DNA of 64,000 nucleotides, taken from an uncultured delta proteobacterium. GTDB lineage: Bacteria > Desulfobacterota > Binatia > UBA9968. Where the stretch lies: positions 112,432 to 176,431 of the forward strand of contig CAWJZV010000008.1 of the NCBI GenBank assembly GCA_963847445.1, in the 5' to 3' direction. The position numbers and the translations under genes are program-made. Under the pieces are notes generated by a model. It did no database searches. It saw only the letters and a program-made list of their open reading frames with translations, and was not told where the DNA came from. Below are positions 44,647 through 55,828 of the stretch, one piece after another (the stretch's first letter is position 1; each line of letters begins with the position of its first letter).

Positions 44647-45291
44647 TCAGGCCGCCGGAGGATCATCCATCTGCGGCACTGTGAAAAATAAATCGTCCAA
44701 TTGAGTGGGCTTATGTCGCGCAAGGAAGGTCAGGTAATTGGAAATGCGCGTTTCCTTATCCAACAACGATTGCACGAGCAGGGTTTGATCGCTGCTGCGG
44801 TTCGCATGGGTGAAGCTCTGCACGTAATCAGCGATATCAGGAAAGTATTGTAATTCAGTAGGTTTGGCGACAATGATTTTCAACCTCTCCAACAGTATCG
44901 CCATCGATTCGGTCGTGATCAGGCGCTTCCAGTCCCGCGGCGCGTTGCTGCCGATGTCCCGTCGTAACAACCGTGCAATCCCGCAATCGATACTGGATGG
45001 CAGACGGGGCTGCACATCGCTGACAATGGCAACCGGCTTAAGATTGCCGATACTCGGCGATTGCCGTTCGTTATCGGTCGCCAATCCACGTGTCGTTCGA
45101 TCGAGATTCACTTGTAGCGGCGCGCGCTGCGACGGCCGCGCCTGCTCGGCAAGATTACGGGAGAGTGCGTTGCGAAATTTGTCGAAACGATTGCCGATTA
45201 TGCGTGATTTCCAGCGCAGTAGCGGCTGGTAAACACCGAATAAATCACTGGTGTTTGGCATGATACCTTTAACATCGGCCGGTGCTTTCAT
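44647..45291 (-). CDS. Hypothetical protein, possibly the truncated N-terminus of a larger gene
   Basis: 214-aa ORF with lower GC, AAGGAAG upstream; no motif recognised. Confidence 0.5.
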   Translation of the reverse strand: MKAPADVKGIMPNTSDLFGVYQPLLRWKSRIIGNRFDKFRNALSRNLAEQARPSQRAPLQVNLDRTTRGLATDNERQSPSIGNLKPVAIVSDVQPRLPSSIDCGIARLLRRDIGSNAPRDWKRLITTESMAILLERLKIIVAKPTELQYFPDIADYVQSFTHANRSSDQTLLVQSLLDKETRISNYLTFLARHKPTQLDDLFFTVPQMDDPPAA

Positions 45292-45832
45292 GGAGTTCGC
45301 TTCCTTACCATAGGAAATAGGGAAATATTTCTGTGCTTAGGTTGTTTTTTGCTTAAGCAACGTCTGTTCCAGAGGTTTTTAGTTAGTGTAACCAGGTAAA
45401 AGGCCTTTCTTCGTTAAGTCCGCGTAAACTTTTGTTTACATTTGGTGTATCCGCTAGTTGCAAAGTCGGGGCGGGAAAGCAAGTTTATACGAAGATTCTT
45501 TCAATTCAACGTTGTTGGTCACCAGGTACGCAGGCGACGTAAGGGCTCATCGCGAACGGCCTCGGCGCCTACCCTGGGTTTCTCGAAAAGCGGGCCGAAG
45601 GGTGAGCCAGATATCACGCATGCTCAAATCGACATGAAGGAAAAATTTGTAGGAAAACTACAGACACTTATATGGCGACAGTTTATATCGACAGGTAAGT
45701 TGGCAGATTCCTGACAAACCCCAACCATCGCTCGATTTTTGAGCAGCCGGATATTCTACCTCCTGAGGCGGCCGCGGCGGTAGGCGGGTTCGTTGGTTTA
45801 GCGCGCTGCCGCCTAGCGCCAGGGGGCCTGTT

Positions 45833-46081
45833 TTACCTTTGGTTTATTGACTCGTTGGCTTTTCTCGATGCGATCTCATCCCGCTCCCGTTTTGAATACC
45901 AATCTTCTGTCCAGTTTTTTACTTCTTCTTGTTTATCGCCATATCTCTTCTGGATAACCCCTAAGAATTTATCGTAGTCACCCTCTGCTTCTAACAAATC
46001 GTCGTCGGTTAAGTCTGCCCATTTGCTCTTGAGCTCGCCTTTGAACTGTTTCCATTCGCCTTTAAACTGATTGCTATTCAT
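45833..46081 (-). CDS. csbD: CsbD family stress protein
   Basis: MNSNQFKGEWKQFKGELKSKWADLTDDDL...IQKRYG; AAGGAG RBS. Confidence 0.88.
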   Translation of the reverse strand: MNSNQFKGEWKQFKGELKSKWADLTDDDLLEAEGDYDKFLGVIQKRYGDKQEEVKNWTEDWYSKRERDEIASRKANESINQR

Positions 46082-46358
46082 ACAAGTCTCCTTTCCGTAA
46101 CGGGGATGTTGTAAAAGCACATATGAGACCAACAAAAAGTCGCTGACGATTCACCGGAAAACATTTCTGCGATGATAATTATGAGACAAAACACATGAAT
46201 ATGTCCCGTCAGTGGGACGAGCCGGGATATCGACGGGCAATTGCCAATATCTGACGGTGGGCCGCGGCATGGTGCCAATCCGCGTTGGCCTATTCAAGGC
46301 TATAAGCGTGTGGAGTTATGGAAAAGACAGTGAGGGTTATTATTCACGAACTCATGAT

Positions 46359-47363
46359 TCAATGCATGAGCGCCAACGCAACTGCTACACACGCGGTGAT
46401 CAACGCGGTGCCGGCTAGCGCCAGCGCCATGAAAATTGCGGTTCGCCAAAACGGCTCCATTGCGAGCGCGCTAACGGCATCGGTTGCTGCAATCCGGCTA
46501 TCGGCGAAAAGTGACTGCTGCATCACCGTCTTGGCCGCCAACACCTCATCCATAGCGGATTCGAAATCCTGCTGTTTTATGCGCTTACCCAAATCCGGGC
46601 CCGCTTCTGCGGCCGCCGAGGCCGCGGCCTTGAGAACCGCATTCTTGATATCGCCACCACTCACTGTATAGCGCTCGGCGAGCCGCCGGAAATCCACGTC
46701 GGGCGCCAAGGGAGTCTTCTTCGGGTGGATTTGCAGCTCCCAGATGCGTGCGCGTTCTTCCGGTCCTGGGATCTCAAACAGTATATGTGCGCGGATGCGG
46801 CGTTCGAAGGCGGAATCGAAGTTCGCTGCCAGATTGGTGGCGAAAATTACGATGCCATTGAACGCCTCCAACTCGCGCAGGAGAACGTTGACCGTGAGAT
46901 TGCTTTCCCGTTCATGCGGCAGTCCGGCGCCCGAGGAGCGGCGCATGGCGATGGCGTCGGCCTCGTCAAATAACAGGACGGCATTTTGCTCAGCCGCCGC
47001 GCGGAACGTCGCAACGATATTTTTTGGCGTCTCGCCGAACCACATCGACTCGGCCTCGGCATAGTTGACCACGAGCAGCTTCAGGCCAAGCTCATGGGCA
47101 ATCGCTTCGGCACAGATCGTCTTTCCCGTGCCGGGCTGTCCGGCGAAGTTAAACGCCAGTCCCCGTCCCGAAGTATGCCGTTCGCCCAGGCCCCAGCGGT
47201 CAAAAATCAAGTGGTGATGGCGCACCTGCGCCAGCGCCTGCTCCAAGGTACGGCGGGTTTGTGGCGCCAAAACAACATCGGCCAACGAACGCGCCGGGGT
47301 GACGGCTTCCACGACTCGGCGCGAACCGAGGCCCGTAAAGAAAGAAATCAGTGGACTAGCCAT
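46359..47363 (-). CDS. AAA+ ATPase with C-terminal TM anchor
   Basis: Walker A GQPGTGKT, Walker B LLFDEAD, SRH ATNLAANFDSAFERRI, hydrophobic tail. Confidence 0.9.
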   Translation of the reverse strand: MASPLISFFTGLGSRRVVEAVTPARSLADVVLAPQTRRTLEQALAQVRHHHLIFDRWGLGERHTSGRGLAFNFAGQPGTGKTICAEAIAHELGLKLLVVNYAEAESMWFGETPKNIVATFRAAAEQNAVLLFDEADAIAMRRSSGAGLPHERESNLTVNVLLRELEAFNGIVIFATNLAANFDSAFERRIRAHILFEIPGPEERARIWELQIHPKKTPLAPDVDFRRLAERYTVSGGDIKNAVLKAAASAAAEAGPDLGKRIKQQDFESAMDEVLAAKTVMQQSLFADSRIAATDAVSALAMEPFWRTAIFMALALAGTALITACVAVALALMH

Positions 47364-47564
47364 AACTGATTCTGGTCGATTTCTCTCTGTGAATCCAGAA
47401 TACCGAGGATAAAAATCTGACGGCTAAAAACTTGCGATGGCAGCCGGAGATTAATTCATTTTTTGCCTCTGTTTTTCGCGCCAGTTGGCTTTACCGCCCA
47501 TTCGGGCTGGAAAGCGTTGGAAAAGTGCAGTAAGCAGTAGACATTACAGCGGGGAGGTACCGAG

Positions 47565-48531
47565 ATGGCAAATTTGTCTTTAACCATGGCGCTTTCGCAC
47601 TACGACCGGCATGTGCCGTTGTTCGACGGCTCGGTGACGGCGGACAAAGTCGACTTGCGGGTGCTCGAAGTCGGCCAGTCGAATCCGCTCAAGCATGGCC
47701 AGGACCGCCATGAGCGCATGCTGCAAAAGGGCGAGTTCGACATCTGCGAGTTGTCGCTGTCGAATTATTTAGTCGCCAAGAGCCGCAACATGCCGTTCAC
47801 GGCGATCCCGGTATTTCCGCGGCGGCTGTTCAGTTTGTCGCAAATGTGGGTGAATGCAGATGCGGCAATCGCCTCGCCGCAGGATTTGATCGGCAAAAAA
47901 GTCGGGCTCAGCACCTTTCAAACCACCTTGTCTGTGTTGGCGCGGGGCGACTTGCAAACCGAGTATGGCGTTCCCTGGCGCGAGATCGAATGGTACATGT
48001 CCAAAGACGAAGCGGTGCCGCTTAAACCGCTCGAAGGCGTCAAAATGCAATTGCTACAAACCCGGCCAGAAGATGGGCGTCATGCTGGAGAAGGGCGAGA
48101 TCGATGCGATCATGATGCCCCATCCGCCCAAAGAAGCCTTGCGCGGCAATGGTAAAATTCGCCGTTTGTTCGCTGACCCGAAGGCCGAAGAGGCCAAGTA
48201 TTTTCACAAGAACGGTTATTTCCCAATCATGCATGTTGTGGCGTTCAAAGATCAGGTCTTAAAGCAGAATCCCTGGCTGGCTCAGTCAGTGACTACGGCG
48301 TTCGACAAGGCCAAGGCGGCGTGCATGGAATACTACGACGATCCCAACTGGTCGCGCTTCGTTTGGGGGCGCCATTTATTCGAGGAAGAAAGAAAAGTTT
48401 TTGGCGATGATCCCTGGCCGCATGGGATCGAGAAAAACCGCGCGAACCTGGAGCGGTTTATCGGTTACTCGCTTGATCAGGGGTTGATGGAAAAAAAACT
48501 GACAGTCGAAGAATTGTTTATTGAAAAGTAA
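47565..48531 (+). CDS. 4,5-dihydroxyphthalate decarboxylase-like (PhnD/SsuA fold), frameshift near 48060
   Basis: [50 protein letters not shown]. Confidence 0.85.
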
Positions 48532-48554
48532 CTGGCATAAACAGCGAGAAAACC

Positions 48555-48785
48555 ATGCCGCTGACGGTCAAGTGCCCAACTTGTCGCGACGAAACCACTT
48601 GGGAGAACAATCCGCACCGCCCGTTTTGTTCCAAGCGCTGCCAGACGATCGATCTGGGAGCCTGGATCGAGGAACGCTACAAGATCCCTGGCGATGACTT
48701 CGAGCTACTCCAGCGAGACGATGATGACGACGAGATGATGATGACGCGCGATAGGGTATTACTGGCAGAGCAGACTGCGTCGTAA
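48555..48785 (+). CDS. yacG: DNA gyrase inhibitor YacG
   Basis: CPTC...[15 protein letters not shown] zinc finger. Confidence 0.93.
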   Translation: MPLTVKCPTCRDETTWENNPHRPFCSKRCQTIDLGAWIEERYKIPGDDFELLQRDDDDDEMMMTRDRVLLAEQTAS

Positions 48786-48900
48786 GGTCATTCTGAGCGG
48801 CAGGCGAAGAATCTCGCCTTGGTAAACGCTTGAAAATGCGAGATGCGTCGCTTCGCTCTGCGTGACATCCATAGGACTGCGCGCATTGTGACACAGTCTC
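48771..48900. mobile_element. MITE-like element with an internal GTCAT-family palindrome
   Basis: Imperfect terminal IR cagactgcgtcgtaa / ttgtgacacagtctc enclosing gtcattctgagcg...gaagaatctcgc...gcgagatg...cgtgac. Confidence 0.55.
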
Positions 48901-48977
48901 GAGAGCAGGGATAAGAGATACTACTTGGCGTTCTTTGCTCGTTGGCGCGATATGATAGATCAAGGGCCATTAACCTC

Positions 48978-49754
48978 ATGAGCATTCACCCCACGGCAGT
49001 GATCGATGCGAAAGCCGAGATCGATCCGTCGGTCGAGATCGGCCCCTACGTCGTGATCGACAGCGCGGTCAAGATCAAGCGCGGCACGCGGGTGATGGCC
49101 CATGCCTACCTTACCGGTTTGACCGAGATCGGCGAGGACAATGAGATTCACCCCGGCGCGGTAGTTGGCGCGGCGCCACAAGACCGAGCCTATAAGGGAC
49201 AAGCAACCTATCTGCGCATCGGCGACCGCAACATCATCCGCGAGTATGCGCAGATTCATCGCGGCACCGCCGCCGGTTCAGCGACGGTGCTGGGCAACGA
49301 TAACTTCTTAATGGCGACGTCTCACGTCGGCCATAACTGCGTGCTTGCCGACAACGTGATTCTCGCCAACGGCGCTTTATTGGGCGGCTATGTGGAAGTT
49401 GGCAAGAATGTTTTCATTTCCGGCAACTGTGTGGTGCACCAGTTTATCAAGATCGGCGACTATGCGTTGATGCGCGGGCTGAGCGGCACCAGCCGCGACG
49501 TGCCGCCGTTCGCGATCATCGACCGGCAGCATACCGTGCGCGGCGTGAATGTGGTCGGGCTCAAGCGCGCGGGATTCGACGAACAACGGATCCGGGCGAT
49601 CCGCCAGGCCTTTCGCACACTGTTTCGCAGCGGGCGAAACCTTGCCTTAGCCGTCAAAGAGGTAAAAGAGAGCGGCAGGGCCAACACCGATGTATTGGCC
49701 CTCTTGGAGTTTATTGACTCTTCGAAGCGCGGAGTTTGCTTCGGCGCGGATTAA
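48978..49754 (+). CDS. lpxA: Acyl-ACP--UDP-N-acetylglucosamine O-acyltransferase
   Basis: IHPTAVID hexapeptide repeats, PQD, IREYAQIHRGT, SHVGHNC, VHQF, NVVGLKRAG. Confidence 0.93.
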   Translation: MSIHPTAVIDAKAEIDPSVEIGPYVVIDSAVKIKRGTRVMAHAYLTGLTEIGEDNEIHPGAVVGAAPQDRAYKGQATYLRIGDRNIIREYAQIHRGTAAGSATVLGNDNFLMATSHVGHNCVLADNVILANGALLGGYVEVGKNVFISGNCVVHQFIKIGDYALMRGLSGTSRDVPPFAIIDRQHTVRGVNVVGLKRAGFDEQRIRAIRQAFRTLFRSGRNLALAVKEVKESGRANTDVLALLEFIDSSKRGVCFGAD

Positions 49755-50149
49755 GGGCGCTGTGCCGCCGGTGCGGCGGCAATGGTCTCGGGCTCCGGCG
49801 CATCTGGACCGGCTCCGACGAAATAGATCGGCTCCGTGCCCTTCAAGTGGTTCGGGGTCACCACGTAGTTGCCGCGCACCGAAGGATAGATGATGTTGTT
49901 GGCAACATCCGCTCTCCCGCCGGTCAGCACATAACCAAGGCCGCCAGTGAGCAATCCCAATCCCGCGTAGGTCACCTTCGCCGGGATGTAAAACACGCTG
50001 GCGAGAGCCGCGCCAATACCCCAGCCTAACTCCTCTGCCACCGGTTCAGCAGGTTGACTGTTCGTCCCCGCCGTCTGGGCGTACAATGGAGCCGACATTA
50101 GGGTCACCAAAGAAGCCAGGGCAATGCCCTTGAGCATTTGTGATTTCAT
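49751..50149 (-). CDS. Exported/membrane hypothetical protein
   Basis: Signal peptide MKSQMLKGIALA..., YIPAKVTYA, GNYVVTPNHL. Confidence 0.7.
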   Translation of the reverse strand: MKSQMLKGIALASLVTLMSAPLYAQTAGTNSQPAEPVAEELGWGIGAALASVFYIPAKVTYAGLGLLTGGLGYVLTGGRADVANNIIYPSVRGNYVVTPNHLKGTEPIYFVGAGPDAPEPETIAAAPAAQRP

Positions 50150-50155
50150 GTTCCG

Positions 50156-50184
50156 ACAATATCGCAAGGTTGTGTTACTGTCAA
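50156..50184 (-). promoter_or_regulatory. sigma70 promoter implying a leaderless transcript
   Basis: TTGACA-N17-TATTGT ending 6 bp before the ATG at 50149. Confidence 0.55.
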
Positions 50185-50360
50185 TAAACTTATTCTAAAA
50201 AATTTTCAATTTAGTGTGTCTATTTAGGATTTGCTCCCTTCAATTGGGTTCCATCTTGTAATCGGCTCGAATTCTTCCATTGGTAGCGGATAACGAATTC
50301 TAATAGATGAAACATCATTATTCATTTGTAGAAAGTCGTCCGGGAATTCACCGTCTAGGC

Positions 50361-53300
50361 TCAAGATTGGCCGACAAAGTAGCGCTCGTAGCAGGTGCGG
50401 ATCCGTTCGCGGCGCAGTTGGTAGTCACGCAACAGCTTTTGCCCGGAGTGTCCCGCACGCTTTGAACTGGCATTCTTCGGCTTGCTGTAACCGAGTGCCT
50501 GGGCGATGCCGTCGAGCCTGCCGGGCTCGGCATCGAAGGCGTCAATCGATTGGTCGCGTTCGAGGCGCAACCGGTGATCGAGCTGGCGCAAGAAAAGATA
50601 GCCGTCGGCGAGCAGCCGGTACTCCTGCGGCTTCAAGATCTTCGCGGCAGCGAGCGCTTTCAGCGCGGCCAGTGTTTCGCGCTGCCGCAAACCGGCCAGG
50701 CGATGACCATGGGCGAGTTGCAGCATTTGCGTTAGGAACTCGATGTCGACCAGCCCGCCGCGGCCCTTCTTGAGATTGAATCTAGATTCATCTTCGCCGG
50801 CGAGCTCGCGCTCCATGCGCATGCGCAAATGATGAATCTCGCCGACGCCTTCCTGGGTGAGGCCAGCGACATAGGCGCATTGTTCGATGACGTGCTCGAC
50901 CGCTCTGCCGAGGGCGGCGTCGCCGGCGATGAAGCGGGTTTTGATCAAGGCTTGGCGCTCCCATAGTTGCGCGGTACTTTTGTGATACTCGCGATAGGCG
51001 TCAAGGGAACAGACCACCGGGCCGGCCTTACCGGACGGGCGCAGCTGCATGTCGATCTTGTAGGCGATACCTTCCTCGGTGGGCGCCGACAGGTAGGTCG
51101 GCAAGCGCTGGCCAATGCGCACGTAGAATTCATGGGCCGGTAATCGACCCTGGCTACCGCCACGGGTTTGCGCGTCATCCGCCGCGTCGTAGATGAAGAC
51201 CAGATCCAAATCGGAATTGTAATCGATCTCCCGCGCGCCGATCTTGCCGCCGCCAATGACGGCGAAATGACCGTTGGCAACGGCGCCGAATTTTTCGCTT
51301 AACTCTGCCAAGGCGAGATCGAGGGCTGCCTGTAAGCAGGCCTCGGCGAGATCGGAGAGTTGCCGCAGCACGGTTAAGAATTCGCTTGAGCCGCCGAGAT
51401 CGTGCAGGCCGATGCGGATGAATTCTTCATTCTTATAACGGCGCAGCACATTGAGCTTGCCTTCAATGTCGTCGGCTGCGTCCAGGTTGTGGCGCAGTTC
51501 GGCGAGCATGGCGTCTTTCGATTTGTCGATGCGCGTCAGATCGACACGAATCAAGGTGTCGATGAGCTCTGGACGGTTGAGAAACAGATCGGTGAGAAAC
51601 TGGCTATCGGCGAACAAAGTGATCAACAGCCGCATGGTTTCGGGCTTCTCCGCTAACAGCGTCAGAAAGCCGGTGCGCCCGCCGATGCGGTGGCTGAAAT
51701 TGGCGAGATTGAACAACGCTTGATCGGGCGCGCCGGACTTGGCGATCTCGGCGATCAACGCCGGGCCCAGGCTGCGCATGACTTTCAAGCGTTTCGGGCT
51801 TGGCGGCGAATAGATTTCGCCGTCGCGCACGTCGAGCAGATTTTCATAGGCCTTCGCCGGATCGGTAAAGCCGACGCCGGCCAATTGCTTGGTGATCGAC
51901 CGCCTGATTGTCGAGATCGTTCCAGATCGCCCCCTCGGCACCGGCGCCTTCGCTTTCGATCTCTTTTTGCGCGCTATAAAACAGCCGATCGAAGATGTTG
52001 CGCACGCTGTTGGTATAGCGGTGGTGATCGCGCCAGAACAGTTCCCGTTCGCCGAGCTTGCCTTTGCGTGTGTAGCCCAGGCGCCGCGCGTAGGCTTGCT
52101 CTTCGTCCTTGCCCTCGGGTATCGAGTGGACATGGCCTTCCTGGACGATTTGCACTTTATGCTCGGCTTGGCGAAGAAAACGGTAGGCTGCGGTAAGCTT
52201 GTCGCGCTCTTCATTGGAAATAAATTTCCGTTTGGCGAGTTCGGCAAGCGTCGGCAGGGTGCTCGGCCCGCGCAAACTCGGTTCGTAGCCGCCGTTGACC
52301 AGCTGCAGCGCCTGGGTGAAAAATTCAACCTCGCGGATACCGCCGTAGCCGAGCTTCAAATTGCGCGCTTTGTCGTCGCCGGTGAGCAGTTCATTCTCGA
52401 TGCGTTCCTTCATGTGGCGCAGCTCGTCGACGGTGGTGTAGTCGAGGTAGCGGCGGTAGATAAACGGCTCGAGTCCTTTTAAGAAGTCGCTGCCCAGTTC
52501 GATTGCGCCGGCCACCGGCCGGGCTTTGATCATCGCCGCCCGTTCCCAGCACTGCCCCCAAGACTCATAATAAAGCATCGCCGAGTCGACCGATTGCACC
52601 AACGGGCCGTTGGCGCCCAACGGACGAAGCCGTAAATCGATGCGAAAGACGAAACCGTCTTCGGTAATATCGCCCATGGCGTGAATGATCTTCTGGCCGA
52701 TGGCGCTGAAAAACTCCCGCGGCCCGACTGTGCCTTTGCTGCCGCCGCTGCTTTCCCCTTCGTCGTTCTCATAGAGAAAGATCACGTCGACATCGGAGCT
52801 GAAGTTAAGCTCGCCGCCGCCCAGTTTGCCCATGCCGAGGACGACGAAGCGATTGGCTTTGGCCGATCCCGGCAAATTGAGTTGGCCGAAATCTTTTTCA
52901 ACTTCCGCCCGGCAGAAACGGTAGGCCGCATCCAGCGAAGCATCGGCCAGCGCGGTCAATTCGCGCACCGTCTCTTCCATCGTCACCGACGGCATCAGAT
53001 CGCGCGCGCCGATGCGCAGGTACTCGCGCTGCTTGTGCCGGCGCAGGGCGGCGCAGAACTCGTCGAATGAAGAGGAGTCCTTAATCGTCGCCTCGAGTTC
53101 TTTGGCATGTTCGGAGACTGACTTCTGTTTCGTCTTGATCTGGCGGGTGAAGAGTACCGGCCAGTGATTACCCTGGCGGATGAGCACGTCGCTCAAAAGG
53201 CGCTGCTGCCGACAAGCGGAAATCAGCGGTGGTCGATCGTCTCCGGGAATTTTGTCGATCGTTTTTGCGCCGGCGCCATCGAGTAGATCGAAGAAGATTG

Positions 53301-53410
53301 GTTTCCGCGAAACGCGGCGAGGGCTCAACTTGATTACCCGTTGGATTGTCTTCCTTTGCGGGACGAAGAAATGTATTTGCCGAGGCTGCGCACGATTCTA
53401 CACTAGTCAT
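50361..53410 (-). CDS. glnE: Glutamine synthetase adenylyltransferase, several frameshifts
   Basis: Two NT domains: LGMGKLGGGELNFSSDVD...RIDLRLRP and GGGKIGAREIDYNSDLD...KIDMQLRP; NLKLGYGGIREVEF and NLKKGRGGLVDIEF. Start uncertain. Confidence 0.93.
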
Positions 53411-54084
53411 CGGTGTCGTAACCTTCAAGGCCCTTCAGATTGTACGGTGTCGAGACAGGCATTCAAAAAAAGGCGACATTCCCATCTTCCATGGAAACCC
53501 CGTGTAAGATACTAGAAATCATCCTGATAGAGCAGCGCAGGCACGAACGCCGCGATTTTCGATTTGCGTCGCGGCGAAAATTCACAATGCCCCGATTTTC
53601 AGAATTTCAGCTTTCAGTGAAATCGGCAGGCCGGTAAGGTCAAATCACTTGCGCTGCTTGAATCCAGAGACGGCAGAAACGCAGGTCGGCCCCTAGATTG
53701 ATGATGTCTCACGCGAAAACGGTCCAGCACTACTATGTGCGGACTTATTCACGGGCGAATTTCATTCGCGCAGAGCGAGCAAATTGCGTGAATATCACGG
53801 GCTACAACACGTATCGACCAGAGGCTGTCGATTCGTCGCGTCAACTGAAACTTCAGACTGACCGGTTCCAGCTTGCACTCGGGCCTGAACTTCGGGCTGA
53901 GATTCGGCAAAGGGTACGGCTCCGGTCAATCACTCGTCACGCCGTCTCTTTCAGCGATTCTAAAATCTCTTTCGATTGCCGCACATTCGTTCTGGATTGC
54001 GGACTGGCGTCGATGCCATGAGCTTCTTCAAAAGCCGATGGATAACCGATGATCGTTAACTCCAGGCGTGAGAAACTCGACTCG

Positions 54085-54414
54085 ACTTCTCATGCGTTGG
54101 GCGACAGCGCCGCGATCAATTTGAGTAGGCGACGCAACTGCACGCCAACAACATACTGTCGTTGACCGACAAGAACAATGCCGGCATGTTCTCTACCTTC
54201 GGAAAGGAAATCAGCGTGGAGACGGCAGAAATCGCTCGACATTGTAACTGTACAAGATCCAGGCCCGTATCAGTCGCGTGTTCCAAGTCTTCCTTATCGT
54301 TGCGCTCAATCATGCCATCGTCGAGAGCGCTAACCACGTCTATATTCCGCGCGCGGAATCCCTGGAGTAGAGCACGACTGATCGAAGCTTGCGAGGTGAG
54401 AGCCGGATCTTCAT
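54085..54414 (-). pseudogene. DUF5615 PIN-like toxin, decayed
   Basis: Across frames: MKIRL...RALLQGFRARNIDVVSA...ILYSYNV.DFCRLH...EHAGIVL...QLRRLLKLI. Confidence 0.75.
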
Positions 54415-54670
54415 GAGCTGCTATCAGCAGCTCCCTCACGTTTTGTCTCTAACCTTTGCAGCGCGGCTTCTTCAGCAGCGAGGTCGGTTTCAACTGATCC
54501 CGGTTAGCAGGTCGTAGGCAGAACCGCGTACACTTGAGCTAAACTGACATGGCCGCTGATCGGCGATTTCCTCCGGGTTATATCCGAGCTTATACCACTC
54601 CACGATCCGTCGAACAGTCACACCGGTATCCGGGATTCTGGCCTGCTCCCCACGCCTTCCGGGAGCAGAC
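54411..54670 (-). pseudogene. DUF433 antitoxin, decayed
   Basis: RIPDTGVTVRRIVEWYKLGYNPEEIAD...HVSLAQVYA...ANRDQ; its stop overlaps the toxin start (ATGA). Confidence 0.8.
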
Positions 54671-54674
54671 GATA

Positions 54675-54723
54675 AGGTAGATCCGCTAGGTTGGTAGGCT
54701 TCGACCAAGCGCCTGACGATCAT
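54675..54723 (-). pseudogene. N-terminal scrap of a minimal nucleotidyltransferase (MNT) antitoxin
   Basis: IVRRLVEAYQP(E)RIYL, cut off before the GS motif. Confidence 0.55.
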
Positions 54724-55141
54724 CGGCCAATTTAGGACCAGTCGATTCTCGCATTATCCATTTCTAGCCCTCTTCGTTAGGATATAGACGCTTGAGACCG
54801 TTCGCCAAGACGAAGTGCGAGCCGATTTGTACACCTGCGAAAGGAGCCGCATCATTTTTACCATACCAGCCTGGGATTGAATTTGCACCAACGAAGGTTT
54901 TGATCCGCGACGCCGGCATATCCAAGAGCTCGAACGTCCAAACATTTAGTCGGGTAACCTTTTGACTACCCACGAGGTAACCGATCGGTTACCATCTGAA
55001 GCACGCCTCTAATCGACTCGTGCCAAAGTCGTCGAAGAATTTCGTCTGCTAAATTCGCCATGGTAGTTTGAACAGGCGCCACCTGATCCGCACTGGCATG
55101 GTAGCTGCACTGTAAGGGAGGACAAGCACAGAGAAAACCAC

Positions 55142-55694
55142 AAATCCGAAATCCGAAGCACAAATTCAAATGATCCAAACAGAAAGCACTAAATCCGAAA
55201 CTCGAAAGCGGCCCCGCGGACCGAAACAAATTCAAAGGACCATAACTGAAAGCACGAAATTCGAAATCCGACACAAATTCGAATGTTCAAAAAAACACTA
55301 AATTCAAAACAACTTCAATTGGGATTCGGTGTTTTGAGATTTTCTTCGGTTTTGAGTTTATTTGGCTGCCAGTTTGTTTCGGATTTCGAGATTCGGATTT
55401 CGGATTTATGTTTTGGTGTGGTTGACACCGAAGTTCATGGTCGACTAGGCTCTCGAACCAGGGCTGACGATCATAAGGAATTCGGATAACTCACCGCGGA
55501 GGCGCTATGGCGCAAAGGGTTCAAGGGGCAAATCCGAAGCACGAAATCCGAAATCCGAAACAAATTCAAATGACTGAAACAAATGCGCAAAACGTTCAAA
55601 ACAGGAGTCGGCGAATTCGAGTTTTGGATTTTCCGGCTTTGAGATTTAGTTGGCCCCGTTTGTTTCGAATTTCGATATTCGGATTTCGGATTTT
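55142..55694. repeat. Two tandem AAATCCG-heptamer palindromic elements
   Basis: A-rich left arms (aaatccgaa...aaacaaattcaaa) and T-rich right arms (tttgtttcg...ttcggatttcggattt) at about 55142-55407 and 55530-55693. Confidence 0.8.
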
Positions 55695-55736
55695 CTTTCA
55701 GCGAAGTTGATAGCGAACTTCATAGTCGACTAGGCT
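55422..55736 (+). promoter_or_regulatory. Duplicated sigma70-like promoter
   Basis: TTGACA-N18-TAGGCT at 55422-55451 and TTGATA-N18-TAGGCT at 55707-55736, 285 bp apart with near-identical spacers. Confidence 0.55.
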
Positions 55737-55828
55737 CTCAGCCCACACATGACGATGCAGCGGTTCGATCGCAGGTCATGTCGTGTTAGTCGGTGAAAGT
55801 ACTTCAGTTAGGACTCAGGAGATCCCAG

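Noticed and set aside
46359-47363. eCIS/phage-tail ATPase locus
   Set aside because: No sheath, tube or baseplate genes nearby.
55134-55770. CRISPR array
   Set aside because: The repeats are degenerate heptamers arranged as inverted arms, with no constant repeat plus unique spacer pattern and no cas genes.
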